From the NCBI GenBank assembly GCA_005893295.1, contig VBOY01000072.1:1-58534 (forward strand): a stretch of 58,534 nt of DNA, given 5' to 3'. Source of the stretch: Candidatus Eiseniibacteriota bacterium (lineage in GTDB: Bacteria; Eisenbacteria; RBG-16-71-46). The notes beneath the pieces were generated by a model. It worked only from the letters and a program-made list of their open reading frames with translations, was not told the DNA's origin and ran no database searches. The translations under genes and the position numbers were made by a program. Position 1 is the stretch's first letter. Each line of letters begins with the position of its first letter. Positions 53,153-58,534 of the stretch are shown here, piece by piece.

Positions 53153-53353
53153 CGACGGGAGGCCGGCTTCATCTCGCGCTAGCAACATGAAGCAGCCTTC
53201 ACCGCGGCTTGACGTCACGCGGCTGGAATTCCCCAGGCCGCTTTCGCTGGCGCGGCGGGAGCGACGGCCTGTATAGTCCCCGCACCTCCCCGATTGCCGC
53301 GGGTCGCATGGGCCCCAAGGACGTTCAAGGACGACGAACTCGAGGAGTCCTCA

Positions 53354-53905
53354 ATGCGTACGTTTGCACGGATGCTGGCGACTCTCGTCGCGCTCTCACT
53401 GTTTGTACCTGCCGCCGCCCTCGCCGCTGGAGCCATCACCAGCGTCGAAGGCATGACGTCCACGATCTTCCAGCACGGACAAAGCTCGTTCTCCGGGATC
53501 GGCCTCAGGGTCCAGGTGCATCCTACCCAGCTGATCCAAAACGTGACCCTGATGCCGACGCTGGAGTACTGGCGCAACACGAGCAACATCTCTTCCTTCG
53601 GGATCGAGTCGACCCGCAAGGACGCCACGATGGGGGTCGACGCTCGCTACGACTTCCCGCACCAGGGGCTGCGACCCTACGTGGGCGCCGGCATAGCGCT
53701 CCACTTCCTGTCCAACCGAGTGGACGCGCCCTCGCTCGGGCTCAATGACGCCACCGATTCGATGATCAAGGGAGGCCTGTCGTTGCTGGGTGGCGTGACC
53801 TTCGGGATCGCCGGGAAGCTCAGCAACTTGATCGAGCTCAAGTACCACCACGTGCCCGATCAGAGCCAGCTCAAGATCAACTGGGGGCTGAGCTACGGGC
53901 TGTAG
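53354..53905 (+). CDS. Small outer-membrane beta-barrel protein (OmpW/OmpA-beta-like)
   Basis: I chose the start at ATG 53354 (GAGGAG upstream). It has a signal peptide (..FVPAAALAAGA) and beta-strand periodicity. The track ORF starts at 53294. Confidence 0.5.
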   Translation: MRTFARMLATLVALSLFVPAAALAAGAITSVEGMTSTIFQHGQSSFSGIGLRVQVHPTQLIQNVTLMPTLEYWRNTSNISSFGIESTRKDATMGVDARYDFPHQGLRPYVGAGIALHFLSNRVDAPSLGLNDATDSMIKGGLSLLGGVTFGIAGKLSNLIELKYHHVPDQSQLKINWGLSYGL

Positions 53906-54033
53906 CGCGGAGCCGGCGGCACCGAGTCCCGCAACCACTTCCGGGTGGGCGTCCTCTGCTGCCGCCGGCCGCCTCGCGCTCTCCATCCGCCACGCTGCAG
54001 CAGAGGGTCGCGCGCCAGAGGCGGCTCCGCTTT

Positions 54034-55612
54034 CTATCGAAGGACCTGGATCTTCTCGGTCTGCGTGAACCGCCGGCTCGCGTCGGTCATGCTGGTCGCC
54101 CGGAAGCGGAGGAAATAGACGCCCGGCTTGAGCGCGCGGCCGTCCACCCGCACCGACTGAACCCCGACCCCCCGGATCCCATCCACCAGCACCTGGACCC
54201 GCGCGCCCTGCACCGAATACAGGCTCATCTCGACCCGCGCTCCCTCGGGCAACGCGTACTGGAACTCGGTCGTGGTGCGGAATGGATTGGGGTGATTGGG
54301 GCTCAGTGAGAACGCCTTCGGCACGGCACCGGCCGGCCGTTCCGCCAGCACCTTCTCGGCGGGCCCACCGCTGGCCTCCGTCACGGCGTTCGCCGGCGCG
54401 CTCGCGATGGGCGTGGCGCTCCCGATCACCCAGCTATCGATCACGGTTCCTTGCGTGCAGGTGATGTCGTTCTTGTTCGATCCTGTGTCACCCACCGGCC
54501 CGCAATACACCGTGCCTTCGATACCGGTCGCGGTGAAATGGATCTTGACCGCGTTGTGGTGCATCGCCCGATAGGCCGACCACGACGGCGGCGGGCACCC
54601 GCCCGACCACAGCTCCAGATTCGTGCCGCCGGGAGCCGCGGTGATGTGGGTCACGCCCGACTGCGGGTACGAGCGCTCGTAGTTGTGGCTGTGGCCGTTC
54701 AGGTTCATCACGTACTTGCTGTGGCTCGCCCCGAGAGCGTCCATGATGCTCTTGAGCGTCGAGCTGCCCGCGTGGTAGCCGGACGAGTAGGCCGGCTTGT
54801 GCCCGAAGGTCACGATGAAGGTGATCTTGGGATCGCTCTGCGCCTGATCCATGATCGGCTTCACCTTGGTGTTCCAGTCACTCCAGGCGCCCGACCACTC
54901 CTCGGGGTAGGCGATGAAGCGCACGTTGCCGTAGTCGAACCAGTACCAGTCCTCGCCACAGCAGCTCACCGAGGGCGAGCCCACCGAGGTCTGCGAGTTC
55001 GGGAAGTCGAACCGACCCTTGTAGTTCCTCAAATCGTCCGAGGTGCTGGTCCATTCGTGGTTTCCCCACGCCGGCATGTCGGCCGCATCCTGGGACCACG
55101 CCATGATGTCGTTGAAGTGCAGATCCACCGCCGCCTGGCCGACCGGATTGGCATAGGTGATATCACCGACCATCAGCACGAAATCGGGACGGGCGGACGC
55201 GATCATCCCCTGGATCACTCCCATGCGGGACCAGTTCGTGTTGTTGCCGACATCTCCCTCGACGTAGATCGTGAAGCCCGAGGAGCCCCGTGGCAGGGGG
55301 GTCTTGAAGACGTGATCGGGTCCGCTGCCGATCGAGTAGTGGTAGGTGGTGTTCTCGGTGAGCCCGGTGATCTTCGCTTCCCAGAACGGACCGGGGGACG
55401 AGTAGGGCAGGATGCTGGGCGTGACCGCGGTCTTGGTCTGACCGTAGGCCGTCGTGAGCCCGTAGCGAATCGTGTTCTCGGTGCCTCGCCAGTCGAAGGT
55501 CACCGAAGTCTGACCGGTAATGGTCCAGTGGATCTCGTCCGCCGCGAACGCGCTACCGGCCACCACCGCAGCACAGACAACCATCAACGCGCACAGCCTG
55601 TGCGGAGCCACT
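54034..55612 (-). CDS. Secreted purple-acid-phosphatase-like metallophosphoesterase with a FlgD-Ig/T9SS-type C-terminal domain
   Basis: Motifs VEGDVGN, VGDITYAN, WGNHEW, FGHKP and GHSHNYERS. The C-terminus reads PNHPNPFRTTTEFQYAL...LYSVQGARVQVL...GVYFLRF. I chose the start at GTG 55612 (AAGGAG upstream). The track ORF extends to 55788. Confidence 0.8.
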
Positions 55613-55758
55613 CTCCCCTTACTCCTTTCCTCCGTTATGACGGGCCCGCCATGAGCACGCCACGCAGTCGCGTCCGAACGGACCGCGCCGCGAGCCAGAT
55701 GAGGACGATGTGGGGACTTCCTTGGGAAGACCCGGCCGGGCGAACCTGCGATACGCGG

Positions 55759-55773
55759 GCAGGAACAATGCCA
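55759..55773 (-). promoter_or_regulatory. Candidate sigma-54 promoter
   Basis: The reverse strand reads TGGCAT-TGTTC-CTGC (GG-N10-GC), about 145 nt upstream of the phosphatase start. Confidence 0.5.
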
Positions 55774-56023
55774 AGCGGATCCCTCCATCGGCTCAAGTTA
55801 ACACGTTACACCACAATCAGATGGATTTGAGCAGGCGCCGTGGGGAGATTCGCGACCCGCTCAGCAAGAGACCGCCGCAACGCCCTCCTGCTCACTTTGC
55901 AATCAGCCGGCCAGCGGGACGGGCCCGAGCAATCATCGTCCGGGTGCTGGGGGCTAGTGCGCGGAAAGTGGGGAGATACGACCCGCGCCGTCGGTTCGCA
56001 CCATGCCAGGCACGGGGCACCAG

Positions 56024-56085
56024 GGTCAAGAAAAAAACGCCGCAGAAAAAACGTGGCCCCACCTAAGGATGCAAGGTCGCATCCT
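56024..56085 (-). terminator. Candidate intrinsic terminator of the upstream (56162-58534) gene
   Basis: On the reverse strand, the hairpin AGGATGC-GACCTT-GCATCCT (56066-56085) is followed by GTTTTTTCTGCGGCGTTTTTTTC. The T-runs begin about 14 nt after the stem, so the geometry is atypical. Confidence 0.4.
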
Positions 56086-56161
56086 CGCTCGACGACCGCG
56101 AGCCCCGCCCACCGACCTGGTACGCGGCGCCGCGGCAGAGGGCCGCAAGCGAGAGGTCGAT

Positions 56162-58534
56162 CTACTGCACGATGACGAATCGACCCGTGGCCACGTTCTT
56201 CCCTGCCCGGATCTTGTAGAAGTAGATCCCGGAGGAGAGTCCGCTGTGGTGACCCACCTCGAGCTGATACGGGCCGACAGCCGCGTCTCGTTCATTCAGC
56301 ATCTGCTCTACGCGTCGTCCCGCGGCGTCGTAAACCACCACCTCCAGAGGTCCGCGCCGTGAGGTGGTGAACGTGAGGAGTGCTCGCGAGCGCACCGGGC
56401 TCGGGCGCACCATGGCCCGCAGCGGTGCGGTCTCGAGCCCCGACTCCCTGACGCGAGGTTCCACCGCCACCGGTCCGGACTCCGTCACCAATCGGATCGA
56501 CAGGTCATCGACCAGGAACGTCTCTCCCGGCGCCGCCGGGCTGTCCAGCACCTGGAAGTCCAAGGTCGAGCCCGCCGCGGAGGCCACGAACTCCGTGGTG
56601 AGCGTTTGCCATGTCGTCGTCAGCGGCACCGGCGCCGACAACGACGCCCCGGCCCGCGTCGCCCCCACGAATTCGCGCACCTGGATGCACGCGGTCCCCG
56701 TTCCACTCTCCGAGCGCACGCGGGCCGTCAGCCGGTACTTCGTCCCGGCCGCCGGGACCAGCGCAACCCAGTTCGGGCTGTCGTTCACGCCGAACCTGCC
56801 GGGCAACGTGCTGGTGAGCTGCATCGCCCAGTCGCCGTCGGCTCCACCCCCCACGCGCTCCAGCAGCGCGCCGTTGTATCCCTTCCACCCACTCAACCCT
56901 GCCTCCACGGATGGGTTGCCCACCAGGTTGGCGCTGGTGAGGGGTGTGGAACCGATCGAGAAGGCGTCGAGGACCTCGCCCAAGGTGCAGGAGACATCGT
57001 TGGGGTTGGAGCCGGTATCGCCGGCGGGGCCGCAGATCGCCTCGCCTTGGATGCCGGTCGCGGTGAAGGTCAAACGCACCGTCTCGTGGTGCATGGCGCG
57101 GAACGCCGACCACGCGGGCGGCGGGCAGCCGCCCACCCACAGACAGACGGGGTCGATCGCTTTGCCGAGCACCGAGCCGCCGCCGCCGCTGGTGACGTGG
57201 GTGACGCCGAACTGTGGATAGGAGCGTTCGTAGTTGTGGCTGTGCCCGGTCACGTTGAGCACGTACTTGGGATGGTGCGCCCCGAGCGTGTCGAGGATCG
57301 CCTGGAGGATCGCGTTGCTGGGATGCCGGCCCGAAGAGTAGGCGGGACGGTGCCCGAAGGTGACGATGAAGGTGATCAACGGATCGGCCTCGGCCTGGTC
57401 CATCAGCTCCTTCGCCCGATTCTTCCAGTCCGGCCACACCCGGCCGGTATAGACGTCGGGGTAGGAGATGAAGCGCACGTTGCCGTAGTCGAACCACGAC
57501 CAGTCTTCGCCGCTGCCGTTTCCGAACGGCTGATCGGGGGAGGCCTGCGGGTTGGGCAGATCGAAGCGACCTTTGTAGTTGCGTAGACCGTCCGGCGCCG
57601 CCCAGTCGTGGTTGCCCCACGCCGGCATGTAGGCCGCGTCCTGCGACCACACCATCACGTCGTTGAAGTGCCGATCGACGCTCGGCTGGCCGTTGTCCTG
57701 GGCGTAGGTGATGTCGCCCAACACCAACGTAAACCGGGGCGCGCCCGCCGCGATCAACCCCTGCACCACCGCCACCCGCGGATACTTGCCTGCGTCGCCG
57801 ATATCGCCCTCGGCGTAGACCGTGAACCCCGAGCTGCCGCGCGGCAGCGGCGTGCGGAACGTGTGGTCCGCTCCCGACCCGATCGCATAGTGATACAGCG
57901 CGTTCTCCTGTAGCCCCTCGATCCGCGCCTCCCAGAACGGCCCCGCCGACGAAACCGGCAGCGGAGTCGGCGTGCTCGCCGTCACGCTGTCGCTGTAGTC
58001 GCTGCTCAGCCCGTAGTGAACCGTGCGCTCGAACCCCCGCCAGTCGAAGCTCACCGCGCGCTGCCCCACGATCGTCCAGTGCACCTCGTCCACCGCCTGC
58101 CCCTGCGGCGCCGCCTGCACCGTCACCACCCGCTCCGCCGGCGTCACATCCTCCGCTCCGCGCGCATCGCTCACCTGCAGCCGCACCGTGTAGCTCCCTG
58201 CGTTGGCGAAGATCACCGGCCCGGGATCCTCCACGCTCTGGTTCGCCGCGCCACCTCCGAAGTCCCACGTCACCACCAGCGGCAGGTCGCCGTCCGGGTC
58301 GCTCGCGCTCGCCGCGAAGCTCACCGACTGGCCCGCGTAGATCGTCACGTTCCCCGCCGGCTCGGTGATCGTCCCCTCGGGCGGCTGGTTGGGCGGCGCC
58401 ACGTGGATCGCCGCACTGGTCGCACTCCCTGTCAGCCCCTGATCGTCGGCCACCGTCAGCGTCACCGCCCAGTCGCCCGCTCCGTAGCAGTGACTCGCCG
58501 TCGCCCCGGCCTGCGGCCCCACCACCATCCCATC
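56162..58534 (-). CDS. Secreted PKD-domain + purple-acid-phosphatase-like metallophosphoesterase + jelly-roll (CBM-like) domain + FlgD-Ig/T9SS-type C-terminal domain; the N-terminus lies beyond the window
   Basis: The ORF is open to the window edge. It has PKD-like repeats (..WDFGGGAANQ..YTVRLQVSDARG) and phosphatase motifs AEGDIGD, LGDITYAQ, WGNHDW, FGHRP and GHSHNYERS. The C-terminus reads ..VVYDAAGRRVEQM...LSSGIYFYKIRAG. It is a paralog of 54034-55612. Confidence 0.8.
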   Translation of the reverse strand, partial: DGMVVGPQAGATASHCYGAGDWAVTLTVADDQGLTGSATSAAIHVAPPNQPPEGTITEPAGNVTIYAGQSVSFAASASDPDGDLPLVVTWDFGGGAANQSVEDPGPVIFANAGSYTVRLQVSDARGAEDVTPAERVVTVQAAPQGQAVDEVHWTIVGQRAVSFDWRGFERTVHYGLSSDYSDSVTASTPTPLPVSSAGPFWEARIEGLQENALYHYAIGSGADHTFRTPLPRGSSGFTVYAEGDIGDAGKYPRVAVVQGLIAAGAPRFTLVLGDITYAQDNGQPSVDRHFNDVMVWSQDAAYMPAWGNHDWAAPDGLRNYKGRFDLPNPQASPDQPFGNGSGEDWSWFDYGNVRFISYPDVYTGRVWPDWKNRAKELMDQAEADPLITFIVTFGHRPAYSSGRHPSNAILQAILDTLGAHHPKYVLNVTGHSHNYERSYPQFGVTHVTSGGGGSVLGKAIDPVCLWVGGCPPPAWSAFRAMHHETVRLTFTATGIQGEAICGPAGDTGSNPNDVSCTLGEVLDAFSIGSTPLTSANLVGNPSVEAGLSGWKGYNGALLERVGGGADGDWAMQLTSTLPGRFGVNDSPNWVALVPAAGTKYRLTARVRSESGTGTACIQVREFVGATRAGASLSAPVPLTTTWQTLTTEFVASAAGSTLDFQVLDSPAAPGETFLVDDLSIRLVTESGPVAVEPRVRESGLETAPLRAMVRPSPVRSRALLTFTTSRRGPLEVVVYDAAGRRVEQMLNERDAAVGPYQLEVGHHSGLSSGIYFYKIRAGKNVATGRFVIVQ

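Overview
This is a 58.5-kb, very GC-rich chromosomal segment (roughly two-thirds or more G+C by eye) from a diderm bacterium. The gene content suggests an uncultivated FCB-type lineage. Five secreted enzymes end in FlgD-Ig/T9SS-type C-terminal sorting domains (CTDs) and a PorV-like outer-membrane protein (OMP) is present, but the taxonomy is only an inference.

Housekeeping content: lpxH, ppx, rlmN, eno, ftsB, an initiator tRNA-Met, a complete caa3-type cytochrome oxidase cluster (ctaA-ctaB-coxII-coxI-coxIII-coxIV-ctaG), hsp20-lon, a GH1 beta-glucosidase, a squalene-synthase-like gene, and a GT2 / LpxB_N-like / ArnT-like envelope-glycosylation trio.

Regulators: two sigma-54 enhancer-binding proteins (one with TPR-GAF-AAA+ architecture, one an NtrX-like response regulator paired with an NtrY-like kinase) and an ECF sigma / anti-sigma pair.

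I found no rRNA, CRISPR array, transposase or integrase.

Most notable observations:
1. An OsmC-family gene has an in-frame UGA exactly at the catalytic Cys position, followed by a SECIS-like hairpin, so it is a probable selenoprotein.
2. There is a set of sigma-54 promoter motifs. One perfect TGGCAC-N5-TTGC sits in front of an uncharacterised envelope operon (FN3 lipoprotein, then two paralogous CYDCH/aromatic-module proteins, one carrying DUF4384 and 17-aa repeats), just downstream of the TPR-GAF activator.
3. A LemA + 2x GIDE-like membrane-protein operon.
4. An unusual density of gene lesions. htrA carries a 10-bp tandem duplication and has lost its Ser motif. lon, and possibly hsp20, have in-frame core deletions. 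Single frameshifts break ctaG, an MFS gene, a DUF4390-like gene and the gene downstream of the anti-sigma factor. There is also a histidine-kinase remnant. These indicate either assembly indels or real gene decay.

Many long ORFs in the supplied track are mirror-strand artefacts of the high GC content and were not called. Motif-level coordinates were indexed by hand and may be off by 1-2 nt.
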